Below are positions 26,602 to 39,606 of a stretch of DNA of 64,000 nucleotides, one piece after another (within the stretch, counting starts at the first letter, position 1; every line of letters starts with the position of its first letter). Both the position numbers and the translations under genes were made by a program. The stretch lies in NCBI GenBank assembly GCA_965153285.1, contig OZ229116.1; one strand, given 5' to 3'. The notes under the pieces are model-generated. The model worked only from the letters and a program-made list of their open reading frames with translations. It was not told where the DNA came from and did not search any database. Source of the stretch: Podarcis tiliguerta (lineage: Eukaryota).

Positions 26602-28175
26602 GCAGAGGATTTTCAAGGGGCTTTTTTATACTCCTTGAAATCCACTGACAGCAAAAATCGGACCTCGAGAACATTTGGTGCAGCACTATTGACTTGATGT
26701 TGGCCTTGGCCTGATTCATATCTTTTCCAAGTATACTGTCCTGCCTTTTGACTCATCTGAGCCCTCTGCTCAGACTTCATTACTTTGTTTCCAACTTCAT
26801 CTAATCCCAGCCAGCCTCTCGTAGGAATGCCCTTTGACAGCAATATTTATCTGGTGACTGACAGGCCTTTGGCCTCTGCCACAAGATCCTGGCTGTATCC
26901 AGCATGGGGGGGGGGGCGGTCAAGAAAGACATTCTAAAACAAAGCTTCAATCTATCTTTTGTAAACCATGCCTCTCTGGGATAAACTGGAATTCTTTCTG
27001 AACTTATTGCTTGGGGGAAGGCGGTGGGGTACATAGCAACCCAGCATTAGAACGGAGACACACAGAAAAGCATTAACTAAGACGCACCAACAGTATTTTT
27101 CAAAGAAAACTGCAGCAAACATGGGGCATTATTCTTCTGCTCAGGGAAACAGATTTTAAAGAGACATTTCCTGTTCTTTTTAAATATTTTTTTATTAATT
27201 TTCCAAATAAAAGTTACACAAAATTCTGCAAAATGCAGAGTCTGGTGACAGTATACATAGTCCATATACAATTATAGATTGGTTTTATTATATGCCTGTT
27301 TTGGTTTGACAACAAACACTTTGACATTTTCAGAAGTAGGACGATTTTTTACATTCTTTTTAAATATTTAGCAGAAGTCACTATAATGTAATAGGGTATT
27401 GGTCTTAGATTGAAAACACCCAGTTTCAAATTGCTGTTCACCCCTGAAACTCATTGAGTGACTTTGGGTCAGTTATTCAGCCCTCACACATCCATCTTGC
27501 TATGATAAAAAAAAAAAATAGAACAGGAAGACTGTGTGTGATTAGTGTGTCAGCTCAGAACCAAAAGGTAGCAGTAAAGATAGCAGCTTGTCATATTTCT
27601 AACTCTGGTCTTATTTCATACATTTTTTAAAAAAGATCATCTGAGTTTGTAAACATTTTGAAGATTACTCTGTTAATGCCAGTGCACATAGTCCATTATT
27701 ATTATTATTACCCAATATTCCAGACTATGACTGAGTGTGGGTTACGCCAGCCCTGCAAAGCAGCACAGTGTTGCTGTAACCATTTTGTTTAAGGGAAGGA
27801 GAAGGGAATGAATGACAACCTTGCAATGTAGTCCAGCATTTGGACTAGGGAAATGCAGTGGGGAGGGAATGCAGTGATGTTGATTGTAGCTGCAGTACAA
27901 TTAGGTGCTGGAGAAGGTGAGGAGAGCCAGGGAAAGAGCAGCTCCCTCCCTGGCTTCTGAAACACTGTTATGTCAGCTTCCCAAATTCCCACCTATTCCC
28001 ACAAGGCACAAGGGAACTTGACAAAGTAATTTTCCCAGGGCACCTGAATCCTTAGCGTGGACATGAGGTGCCCTGGAAACAGCATGTCCCAAAGCTCCTT
28101 CTGTTCAAAATGTGGAAAACCAGCTGAGGATTCAGACTGAAAGCTAGTGGGCCATAGAGGTTCCAGTATCAGGCT

Positions 28176-28350
28176 TAGGACCAGGGAGAATAGAGTTGAA
28201 ATCCCAATTCAGCCAATTCACTGGGTTGCTTGCTCTCAGTCTAATCTACCTTACAGGATGATGTGAGGATAAAATGGGAGGAAAGTACACAACTCTGAAC
28301 TCCTTGGAGAAAGGGTGGGATAAAAATACAACAAAGACATAAATAAAATA
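28176..28350 (+). mobile_element. Decayed tRNA-derived (MIR/CORE-like) SINE
   Basis: GTTGAAATCCC B-box-like motif, CTACCTTACAGGATGATGTGAGGATAAAATG core, AAATAAAATAA tail; parallels 48137-48355. Confidence 0.6.
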
Positions 28351-31300
28351 AGTATCCAGGCATCTTGGGGAAACTACATTTTCTAGAGGTATACTTCTTC
28401 ATATTTCAATATGAACAAGAGAAGAACACTCAGGAGACATGTCATTGTTTGATAATGTGAGTGTTCATTATGACCTAGCCGAGTTCATACTCTAAACCAG
28501 CTAGATTTGGTGGCATCAGTAATCGTAATTGTAACCACATAGGTGGAAAGCCAACACACTTTTAAAGCAACAATGACTGAAATCCAAGCCATATCCATTT
28601 TTTTAAAAAAGGAATAATAAAACCAGCACAAAGCATTATGTTAAGCAGATCAAGAATGAATGGTAGTTACTTTTTGGTTGGTATGCAGATGTGCTATTTC
28701 ATCATCTTTATGCTTCTGTAAGTTGTTTATTTTGTTGGCATCCAGATCAACCAAACTAAAAAATCAGAGCTGTCAGAATCCTTAATCTGATTTACAGTTT
28801 GTAACAGCTTCCATAATACTACACTGCTTTTGCCAGCGGTTGTTTCTCTCCAAGATTTTAGGGTGGTGTTGGCATAGAGCTCATTCTGGCTACTGCTCTC
28901 CTGGGCCATCTGGCTGTGAGTAATGCGTGCTGATCCAGTTCAGTGGGTGCTCTTGCATCTTGCCCTTTCAAGGGCTTGAGGTGAACTCAGATGCATTTGG
29001 CTCTCACAATCTCTATGGCAGTTTAGAAACTAGATGTGCCAGTGAGTGGGTGGTGTGTGCATGCTGATGGGGTGGGGCAGGGATAGAATACTCCCCCCTC
29101 ACACAATCACACATCCTTTCTCTCACACCCCCAGATATGCAGCCACTCCTAGGTATGTGCATAGACACACAGTCTTCCAGTTTCTTTCTCTCGTTCTTAA
29201 ACGCAGACACAAACTTCTCCCTCTCTCTGCCCCAGACACATACTGTGACCTATCCCCGCTTCCCAGCTGCATGAGGATCACTGTGCCGCATGCTTTCCTG
29301 CACTCCTAATTAGGGACGTGAAAAGTCTTTGCTTTCCATTCTGCCCTATGTTTGTTGTATGCATCGCTATTTCTGTTCCAGTGTAGTTTGTCTTCCACCA
29401 AAAATGTTATTAATCTCATTGTGCGCAATGGCAAAATTACATAACTTACATAATTACTTAGGTAATTTATGTAATTAATTACACTGTTTTTGCATTATCA
29501 CACTTCATTTCAGTGCAAAGGAAACTCAACACAAATGGGGGAGAAGTATTGACTAACGTATCTTTGTAAACTGAAAGGAACAACAGGAAATACTGGTTGT
29601 ATTTGCTGGGTTGATTTTCATTCCAGACATGGGATAAAGAAGTGAACACTGACATTTTCTGCTTCCATTGCCATTTTTTTTCTTTTTCCTTTTCTTTTAC
29701 AATTCTCTAACATTCTTACTCCTGAAAGCTAAAATTGTTATTCCTGCACTGTTGTTAGCACAGAGATTGCAATATTTGTTATATCAGGTGCGTAGGAGGG
29801 CAGGTTAAACCTGCACTTATCAGAAATCCTGAAGCAGCTAAACTTGCTGGTCACATGCTGATTAGCAGTGCAGGAAAAGCTTGTATTTTCCCCAATGCCC
29901 ATCTGATGGCTGATTAGCTGGACAGTGGGGGAAAGTGGACACGGTTTTGTTGGCCACACTGAGAGCAGCTGCGGGCTCATGTGGCCCACAAGCCTTGAGT
30001 TGCCAACATGTCCTCTGTAGGGTCCATTCTGTTCTCTCTGCTGAGTAACCTTGAAAGCTCCCACTCTTTCCTTGTGTTCCAAGTTGTGAAATACTTCCCT
30101 GCCTGTTGCCATTAATGAATGCAACCTCTTTAGGATTTAGGACCTCTCAGCACCCGCTGACTGTGAATACAGATTAGCCCCTTGAACTGATGCCTTGATT
30201 GAACTCTTCAGCATTTGACCCAGTTTCTGCATCAAACACACCTCAGCTGCAAGGGCAGAGGATCATACGCTGCTGAGAAATGGAATCATGCCAAGTCTTT
30301 AAGGCAGAACTGAATGTCTTCCCTGTCTCTTTTCCCATCCTCTCGCATTGTGGCAAATTCCTTGAATTAGATAATCAAAGGCAGAAGCACACCACTATTT
30401 GACAATTTTAGTCCTGTCCTATTTTGCATGATTCCATGTTCCTAATCACAATGCAGCTGTCAAATAGGGGGTATAACATTTCATTTCCCTGACCTTATCT
30501 GCAATATGAGTTAAGGGTGGGTGCTGAAAAGTGATATTACTTGGATCCTGCTGCCTGCATAATAATTTGATTGCCGGCCTCTTAAGAGTATGAGTTTTTT
30601 GAGCCTGTGATCATTTACTTTGCTCTCAGGAGGAACAGATGGATATTTACCAGTTTCTATATTACAAAGGTCAAGAGTTAGCGCTAAAAAAAGAAATGGA
30701 GAAAAGAAAAACCATCATGGGCCAATTCGTAACAGGAAAAGTAGATTCCATCGGTAACTCAGCTCTGCTGTGACTTTTTTCTTGGGTGTTTTAAAACTTT
30801 GCCATCATATTATTTGATCAGAAGAATATTTGTTTAAAAAGCATCCAAATGACGCATTGAGCAAATGCATATAAAGCCAACAACAGTGAAGAAATTGCCC
30901 CAGCTTCTGGTCAGACTTAAACGAGAAATTGAAGTGAAACCAGCATGTTCTGATAAAGGAAAGGATTATTGAACTAAGTGGCACCATGGAGGCGGGGGGA
31001 ATTAGCAGCTTTTATGTCTCTACACAACAGACCTGATTTTACTTTTATACATGTTTTTTCACACTTATGCGAAGGTTACAATGAAAAATGTATAATTAAA
31101 TCTAATGAACTAAACTGCAATCCCCTTAAATTTAATGTAGCTTATTCCCAGGTAAGTGGGGTTAGGATTGGAGCCTTAGTTATTTACTTTCAAAAGAAGT
31201 AATATGAAGTAATTTTTCCTAGCTCATACAAGTTATCATTTGCGCTACAATTCAGCCCATAGCTATATACACTGAAGTTGTATTTGTTTCAGTGGGTTTA

Positions 31301-31479
31301 CTGATTACTAGATTGTAAACAAAACTGCATGATCCTATGAACTGCTTTGTAGGTACAGCTGATTATATTGTAGGTGCAGCAGCTCATGAGATCAGGTAGG
31401 CTTGAAGCCACAGTTGATTGCTAATTATTTTACCAGGATTAGCTTCATTGGTGGCACTTAAGTTGTAGATGCTTGCCGA

Positions 31480-32273
31480 CCTGTCCTTGCTGAGGCATAA
31501 ATATGAAGGAACATGGGGGATGTGCAAATCCCCACAATGCTGATGGCCTTCTGTATTCAACTTGGTCTAGATGGCCTGATAGAAGGAGTGCCTTCTGTCA
31601 GCTTTGGCTGTGTTCCTGGACAGGGATAGCTTGGCCACAGTAGTCCAGGTACTGGCAACTTCAATACTATTACTGCTCCCTAGGTAGGGATTCTCTTGTG
31701 CTTGGTCTAGAAACTGCAGCTTTTGCAGAATGATGCAGCATGATCGCTGACGAGAGTGAAACCTTGTCAATGTATTATACACTTCCAAAAGATCTACAAT
31801 GGCTGCCAATTTGTCACCTGCCCACATTCTATTCAATATGTTGCTATTATCCACTTAAGGCCACTGTTTTGAAGGTTCACCTTACCCTATACGGACACCC
31901 CCTCTATGCCCACTCAATTACTTCAGTCTGTAGAAAAGGCCCTTTTATAAGTGCCATATGCTGTTCATTCTGCACTTGCGAGGAATCGATATTTTAGTAT
32001 GGCATTGCCTGTGCTTTGGAGCTGCTTGTCTATCAGTATCAAAAAGGTCTCTTTGTTTTACTGTTTTTGATGCCTGCAAAAACCATTTTTGTTTAGATAA
32101 GCCTCCCCAGACATGTAAATTTAATAGGTGGAAGTACTTGTTTTTTAAGTCCATTGGCTTCATCAGTATTTTCTTACTCATATTTCATTCTATTGAATGT
32201 ACACCCCTTAGAAGTTTTCATTTTTATTCTTTTTATTAAGTGGTATATAAATCTTGTTAAATAAATAAAATAA
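31480..32273 (+). mobile_element. Decayed L2 LINE 3' portion
   Basis: LQWLPI motif (L2 ORF2 LHWLP) near 31795 and a TAAATAAATAAAATAA tail at about 32258-32273. Start approximate. Confidence 0.6.
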
Positions 32274-34811
32274 GATCCAGAGAGGGTTTCCTAAGGAGTG
32301 GATACATGTGTGCTTTTACCTGACTGGAATGTGTCCTTTATCCTCTTTGCTTACCTGCATGGAGGACAGAGAAGGGTGTGAGCGTCTGCCAAAACTAGCC
32401 CATTGCGCAAAGTCAGAATTGGAACTCATTGCTCTGTTCAGTTTTATATCTTGCTCCGCCTGCCGCTGGCTTGTGGTGGCCCCTGGAAAGTTGTGCAGAA
32501 TTGAATGTAGCCTTCAGGTTGAAAGTATATAGGAACTGTACCAAAACTGGCATCAAGGGCAGGGTGAATAGAAGTGACTTTATTCCAAAATGACTGTCAA
32601 ATTAGTCCCAGCCGAGTCCCCGTGTAGGATGTTGTTTTAACATCCACTGAAGACATTTTTAGTTTAAATAGGAATTCCCTCAAGTGTGATCTGGCCATTG
32701 TATGGAATATTAATTGTACATCTGTAGAAATAGTGAGTTGTGGGGGTTTTTAAGAGTTTGCATTTAAAAAAATAAATCTATTTTTATCTTGTTGTGCATC
32801 ACTTTGATGGCCTCAGCCTGTAAATCAGTTTATAAATGTGTAAAACAAATAAATAAAGTAATAAACATCCAGAAAAGGTCTGTTAAGAGTAATTTGATGT
32901 AGTGATGCTGGAGGAGTAAACATGTGCTACTGCCTTCAGTGTGGTATTAATGTGCTTTTGCTTGGGTTCAGAGGTATCCACTTCAACACTTGCACTATCT
33001 ATATTTTAGTTGTCTCTTTGCTTGTTTCATGGCCCCTAACTCCCTGGTAAACCAGAAAGCCAACCAAACTCTCCAATGTGGGAGATGATGCTTGCGAGTG
33101 ATAGGCTTGTACCAGCCTACCAGTGCAAGGATTTCTGATTGCATAACTAGACTTCCCCTGCTCTCCTTTCTCACACCTGCCCCCTAAATCTGTCCTGGGA
33201 GTTCTCCAATTCTCCAGAGCAGATTTTGGGAGGGTGTGGAAGTTGGATACAATCCATTGTGAATACTTCCTCACTTGATGTTAGATGGAATAAAATTAAT
33301 ATGAAGGAAGATAGAAGGATGCAGCTGCCAAAACATGGAAAGTTATATAGGTTGCTGTGGGAAAACAATTGCAGGTGGGCAAAGTTGGGCTAGATCAACT
33401 CCTCCCATTTCACCCTCGCAGGTTTTAGTTATACATGCCAGGTTGACCCCTTCCTCCACCTTTAAATGGTTTGTGACATAGATCTTATTATAAGGGGAAG
33501 AACCACCCCACTTGCCCTGTCTTGCTCATTTTGGCCACACATTCCCTCTACTATTTTGATGTTTTCTGTTGGGCCACAGCAAAGTCCCAAAGTATGACTA
33601 TAGCTAACTGGGGAAAGTACATTATTAAGTTGGCTTTTGTGATATAAAATAGGAGGGATGTGTCCCTTCCACAGCAATTTTAAACATGAAGGCAAAAAAT
33701 GCTTGTATGTGTTGAAAGTAGCAATAGCCATTTGAAAACATTTTGTGTATTTGAATCATAAAGTTAGTCACTTGGGTCCAGTAATAAAATCTAACCTGCA
33801 GATCATCACTTCTTCATGCTCAATGTATATTTTTAAAAAAACAACTTGCTATATCAGCACCTTCCTTGCTCTTCTCAAGCATTGACATGGCAAGCAAGGT
33901 TAGGAAGAATTGTGAGGTGTGTCATATCAGGCAAAGCATAAATGGTATGACAAATGTCACCCATTAGTGTCACTTACTCCTAATTAGTGCTAGTGAGAGA
34001 CCAAAGAAGTGCTTGTTCCATTTTGGATATTATGGGTCATCTTTGGGAATGCAGGGATTTGCACCAATGTAGAGAGATCATATATACTGTGTCTAGAGGG
34101 ATGATCAAGTAGTGACCGGCATGTTAATAGCCACCAAAATAGATATAGAAAGATTTGTTCACCTTATGTGGCAAACACTTTGTAAAAATTCAGCTATAAC
34201 CTTTGACAGTAGGGGTTTTGGAAATCTGACCCTTGTTTGTCTGAGTGAGCATTTGAGTACCCTTGAAAATTTGGCATCATTTGATACTGAGCAATGAAAA
34301 ACCCTCCCTGAGTTGATTATTCACTACCATGGTTTCTAGGCAAATAAAAAAAAAAAGTTAGAACTTAATCAGAGCTTTCAAAGACCTTGATGAAAACAGG
34401 AGTGTGCTGGTCCCCAAACGTTAAAAGTTTAATTACATTTTACTTGTTCCCCGCCCATACCCATGTCAATCCAAAGGAACTTTAATGAGGGAGCTTATAA
34501 ATCAGACTTGTTTCCAGGATTGTCTGTCTACCTTGTGAAGGTGACATGGTGCTTCGAATGATGAATACTGTCATATTTTGATTAAAAAGTCAGAAGTCCT
34601 TTAAGGGGGTCAGCATGGTGAATTGAATAATGCATCCTTAACAGTTTTCATGCTAAAATTATTTACCGTAGAAAATGGATGTTTCATGAGACATGGATTC
34701 TGATGTTCCGTCACATTATACAGTAAACAGAACAAACATTACTCTTTTTTTTGTAAAGAAGCGGCTATAAAAGCTGAAGACCGTGGCTGCTGTAAGGCAC
34801 TGGTTATCTCA

Positions 34812-34943
34812 NNNNNNNNNNNNNNNNNNNNNNNNNNNNNNNNNNNNNNNNNNNNNNNNNNNNNNNNNNNNNNNNNNNNNNNNNNNNNNNNNNNNNNNNN
34901 NNNNNNNNNNNNNNNNNNNNNNNNNNNNNNNNNNNNNNNNNNN
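34812..34943. other. Assembly gap (132 N)
   Basis: Run of N. Confidence 0.99.
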
Positions 34944-35409
34944 GTCTATTGTGTAAAAACAAAACAGTTGCTGGTAAAATGCATGGTAAATGAGCTTATC
35001 TCACATTTCCAGGTGTTTAAGCTAATATGTTAAAGAATTACTGCTTCATTTATGAAAAATAATTGCAGAAAATGTTTCAGCAAATCAAATTTGGATAGGG
35101 GATTATGATAGTTATTGTGTTTGTTAGCAAGTTTTTAAATAGCAAGGCCAACAGGGAGGGTAACAAGGATAATAAAAATATAGAAAATTGGTATGTGAGA
35201 ACAGGGTACAGTGTGGGTGTAGCATCAGAATTTGGTTTAGGGTTATGAACAATTGGATTTGTCTCAGCGCATATGAATATATTATAAGAAATCAATGATT
35301 TGGTGGTCTGCCAGCTTTGATGACGATTATGATGATGTCAAATATTAGAAAAAAACCATGCAATGTCTTAATTATTTTCTCCTCTCTTTTAAAAAATGTG
35401 TTTTTGTAG

Positions 35410-35542
35410 GTGCAGCAACTAGGAAACCAGACCCTGAACCAGAGAATCAAACAGACCACACCGTTAAAATTGCTGGAGTAATTGCAGGAATCTTGCTGTT
35501 CGTTATTATATTTCTTGGGGTTGTGTTGGTTATGAAGAAAAG
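35410..35542 (+). CDS. PTPRM: PTPRM transmembrane exon (133 nt): (G)[43 protein letters not shown](R)
   Basis: Acceptor TTTTTGTAG at 35401-35409; donor AG|GTGAGT at 35543. Phase 1 in, phase 2 out. Hydrophobic TM helix followed by a KKR stop-transfer; matches recalled PTPRM. Confidence 0.97.
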
Positions 35543-35913
35543 GTGAGTAGTTAATAAATCTTTCTGTGTCTGCATATTTGTGTTGAAGCATCTCCTGCAG
35601 CAGTTCTCAGTAAAACAGATGCAAAGTTTCTGGCTACTTTTATGGACAGTTTGAAAAGATATGCTGCTTATTCTCCCTAAAGCCTTGCTAGTGTTGCATG
35701 AATTGTGATATCTGACTCTTTCCTCCTGCAGCAGCATTCTTAGTAAATTAATGTTAGCGCCTTTTTATTAAAACACCCTGCAGTTGGGGATTCTTGCATT
35801 GTATACTGTACAATCAGCCCAAATGGCATAAGGATAATGTTTATGTGTAGCCCCACTCAATCTAAGAGCTAAGGCGAAAATTAGAGATGACTGAGTCATT
35901 GTAGAACTAATAA

Positions 35914-35918
<5 letters not shown>

Positions 35919-35965
<47 letters not shown>
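35919..35965. repeat. (AT)n microsatellite
   Basis: Direct reading. Confidence 0.95.
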
Positions 35966-35977
<12 letters not shown>

Positions 35978-36361
35978 TATATATATATAACAGACACTGT
36001 TTGGAACCAGTATATAGAATTGTATCCAAAGAACTGTGAAAAGAAGGTAATTTGGAAAAGTGCTGAAGGGTTTGTGCCAAACCATAATAGTAGTTGTCAT
36101 GCTTCTGCTTTTGCAAGGTGCTGTGTAAACAGTTACACAAGCCGAACAATATTTTTGGAGTTAGTTTGGCTTTTCTCACACAGTGTTTTAGTGAAAAAAA
36201 TAGCCCTGTACCAAAAGACAACTCCGTCCATGATCAAAATGACACTTCTGGATCCAAGCCGGACAGAAGTGTAAGAGTGCAATTTTGAAGAGTGCTGTTT
36301 GAAGTATTTGCCCACAATTTGCTGTGTATATTTTCCTCAGTGAAAACAAGTGAAATGATTA

Positions 36362-36603
36362 CAGTGGTACCTCGGGTTAAGTACTTAATTCATTCCGGAG
36401 GTCTGTTCTTAACCTGAAATTGTTCTTAACCTGAAGCACCACTTTAGCTAATTGGGCCTCCTGCTGCCGCGGCGCCGCCGGAGCACAATTTCTGTTCTCA
36501 TCCTGAAGCAAAGTTCTTAACCCGAGGTACTATTTCTGGGTTAGAGGAGTCTGTAACCTGAAGCATATGTAACCTGAAGCGTATGTAACCTGAGGTACCA
36601 CTG
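36362..36603 (+). mobile_element. Tc1/mariner (Tigger-like) MITE, complete
   Basis: TA|CAGTGGTACCTCGGGTTA ... TAACCTGAGGTACCACTG|TA: TIRs with TA TSD and internal AACCTGAAG subrepeats. Strand label is arbitrary and is the reference for the other copies. Confidence 0.92.
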
Positions 36604-37744
36604 TATATTGTTATAATGCTGAAGTTAACCTAGGGCAGGTTCAGCTGCTGTATGTAAGTGAGTGAAAGGCAGATGGCCCTGTTTTGAGCAAACATTACAA
36701 GCTTGTGGAAGTTTTGATTGTACTCAAAAATTATAACCCTGGAAAATCTACGTGACGTCAAGGTAACACATTTGGGAGTGGAAGCGAGAGAATAGTTTTC
36801 GCCGTGGGACTAGTAAGAGCGTATCGCAAACTACAGTAGAAGATTGGGCCAATATTATTCATGCTTTACTTCGAATATTCTTAGGTTCATTTGTCAATGA
36901 AGCTCTGAGTTGATAGAATATGTTTGGTATGGAAAATATCTGAATGTTTGTACTTAGAATACTTGATCCTTTGCAGTTGTAGGCTTCTTGTGTGCAGTGC
37001 ACACCACTGCAATTTCTCCAGGCCTCAAGTTCCTTAAATGAACTCAGATATACTTGCGAAAGACCTCACAGAGTTCCAGGTATGAAACGATCTATCAGTA
37101 GAGCTAGGTTTGAAAAATATAAGTACATTTAAGTCACCTGCGTATTAAAATGGTTCCTATGGCATGACTGTTTACCAGATGGAATTCAGTGTCATAACGT
37201 AACAGTAGAAACTTGTGAAGAAAGCAGCTAGAAGAGCAAAAGAACCTCTGTGAAAAGCAGATGCAAAATCTGAGTTTGTTTATTATCATTATCATTATTA
37301 TTATTATTATCAGTCTGAAGATTACAGGGTGGTTTGCAGCATAAAAATACAAAATGAGAACACAAAATACATAATAAAACAAAAACAAAACAAAAAAAAC
37401 CCTCCCACAAACACATTTAAGAGGCCATAGAATGTTAATCAACCAAAGGTCTGGTGACAGAGAACATTTCCACCCAGCACCTAAAGATATGTAATGAAGG
37501 TGCCAGGCAACCCCCCCTCGTTTAGTGTCAGAAAGAAATATACAGTACTGCATTCATAAAAATATGTAGAAGTCATTTTTGGCATGTTGTAGCCTTAAAA
37601 TCTGTATAAAGAAATAAATGTATCAATGATGAACTCGCATTATGGATTGAACTGGGCCAAATTTTATTATTCTAAGGAAAAGTTGTGGTTAAGATTCTTC
37701 ATTTTCCACAGGCAGCACATGGGGCCTTTTTATGCACTATTAGC

Positions 37745-38160
37745 TGTCACTGACTGACTGGACACCAACGAATGATGAGAGGTACCAGCTGGGGATCCCC
37801 AGGGGATGAAGACTCAGAGCTCAGGGATTGCTGGTGGGATGATAATAAGTGGTAAGAGGGAGAAGAAGGTGTTGGAAGCTGAAGAGGTAACAGTGTTTAG
37901 TGAGCAGGGAGAGTCTGTAGCAGAGAGAAGTCCAGAAACAAAAGCAGGAGAGGAAGGGAGGTCAAGAGGCAGAGATGAGTCAGGCTGTTGAAGAAGCTAG
38001 GGGGTTTCCCCCTCCTGCTGTGTCAAGCTCCCCTCCCCCCTGGTCTCCCAGGACCTGAGGAGGTTTGAACAGGGAGGAGCAATGGGTATAGTGATGTAGT
38101 CCCAGATTGCTTAGGAAGGAACCAGGGGGTGTAGTCTCAGATTCCTTAGGAAGGAACCAG
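37745..38160 (+). mobile_element. 5' part of an LTR-like element with acidic coding-like sequence
   Basis: Starts TGTCA; GA-rich; reads VLEAEEVTVFSEQGESVAERSPE...SSSPPPWSPRT; ends abruptly against a MITE fragment. Confidence 0.5.
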
Positions 38161-38248
38161 CTAATGGGGCCTGCCGCTGCCACCGTGCCACCGCTGAGGG
38201 GTTAGCGGAGTCTGTAACCCGAAGTGTTCGTAACCCGACGTACCACTG
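38161..38248 (+). mobile_element. 3' fragment of the Tigger-like MITE
   Basis: CTAATGGGGCCT...GGTTAGCGGAGTCTGTAACCCGAAG...GTACCACTG|TA. Confidence 0.85.
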
Positions 38249-38732
38249 TATACTTCTTATTAGAACAACAGGAGCAGGCCACCATGAACTGCTTTGTTTT
38301 TATTAGGACTTGTGTAGAAGTCCTTCTGTAATGAAGCCATGCTTAGCAGATCATTTACAACATTGGACATTTTTTAAAATTACTATATTTTTTCCAAAAT
38401 TTCAAATGAGAACCACAAAAGTACAACACTTTCCTTGCCATTTTGCTTTCTGGAGCATGGGCTTAAAATAGTTAAGCAGTGTAACTGAGCGTGCCAAGTA
38501 GAGATTTCGGCTCATTTATTTCTTTTTTTTAAAAAATAAATCTCATGCTGCAACGCAATAAGGTTTTGAAAGTTGGACGTTTCAAAACCAGTTTGTGATA
38601 GTTCAGAATTCCTCTTGGGAGTACAGAATATCCTAGGCCCCAAAAGAGCAATGTGAATTGTGACCTAAATATGACTAGATTAAATACAAATAAAGGTCAA
38701 CACCTATATGATACCAGCATCTTTTCTAAGTA

Positions 38733-38949
38733 CAGTGGTACTTCGGGTTACGTATCACTCTGGATATGTAATCTTCGGGTTGTGAATGCGGCAAACCCAG
38801 AAGTATATACTTCCGGGTTTCACCGTGCACATGTGCAGAAGCAATCTGTGCTCAGCGCGCATGCGCAGAAGGGCGCCTCCAGTTATGGACTTTTCAGGAT
38901 ACGGCCGGGCCTCCGGAACGGATCCTGTCCGTAACCAGAGGTACCACTG
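38733..38949. mobile_element. Tigger-like MITE, second subfamily
   Basis: TA|CAGTGGTACTTCGGGTTA ... TAACCAGAGGTACCACTG|TA; interior differs from the 36362 type. Confidence 0.9.
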
Positions 38950-39116
38950 TAATTTGATATTTTTGTCAGCCTTGCTGTTGTGATTCTTTCATTAACCACA
39001 TGCAAAACAGTCTTTTTCAGTCTGTTATACTGTAGAATTGTTCAGCAGTAATTGTAAAGGATTATCAGATATAAAACAGATATAAAACCTCATGATTTTT
39101 TTATAAAGATTCAGTA

Positions 39117-39606
39117 CAGTAGACCCACAGCTTATGCACTGTTAACTTGTGCGCATTTAGCTTTACGTGCTGGACAAAATAATAATGAATAAATAAAAGG
39201 AGGCAGAAAAGGGACAAGCGTGCGGGGGGGGGGGAATTTCGGCAGTCTCACCCACTGGCAGATCATAAGCTGATGGCAACCGGTCCACACCCCTGAGGGG
39301 GGCAGGGCCTGTCGCGATAGAGTGTTTCAGGTGCCGCAGCCTCTCTCCACCCCTGGGTCAGGCTTCCGTGTTGTCTCTGTAGTGTTGTCTCTGTAGTTCC
39401 CTCGCACTCAGGAGTCAGTCTCCAGTGAAGGATTCTGTTGTAGGGGCGCCTGGTTGTGCCCCCTCAAAACAAAAACACCCAGGGTCATGGTCCCCCAGCC
39501 CCGCTCCCCAAGCTATGCCATCTGCCATTGCACCCAATGTGTTTTGTCTATATGTGTTTTTGGCTTTATGCCCCACCCCTGCAATGTAACCTCAGCGTAA
39601 CTACTG
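39117..39606. mobile_element. Possible Tigger-like element with a GC-rich nested insert (about 39253-39524)
   Basis: TA|CAGTAG ... CTACTG|TA ends. The inner GC-rich block ends AGCTATGCCATCTG, resembling the hAT terminus at 15251-15263. Confidence 0.45.

Noticed and set aside
35410-35415. Alternative acceptor 6 nt into the TM exon (TAG GTGCAG)
   Set aside because: It would be in frame, but the upstream TAG follows the T tract directly and reproduces the expected GAAT sequence; nothing supports use of the second site.
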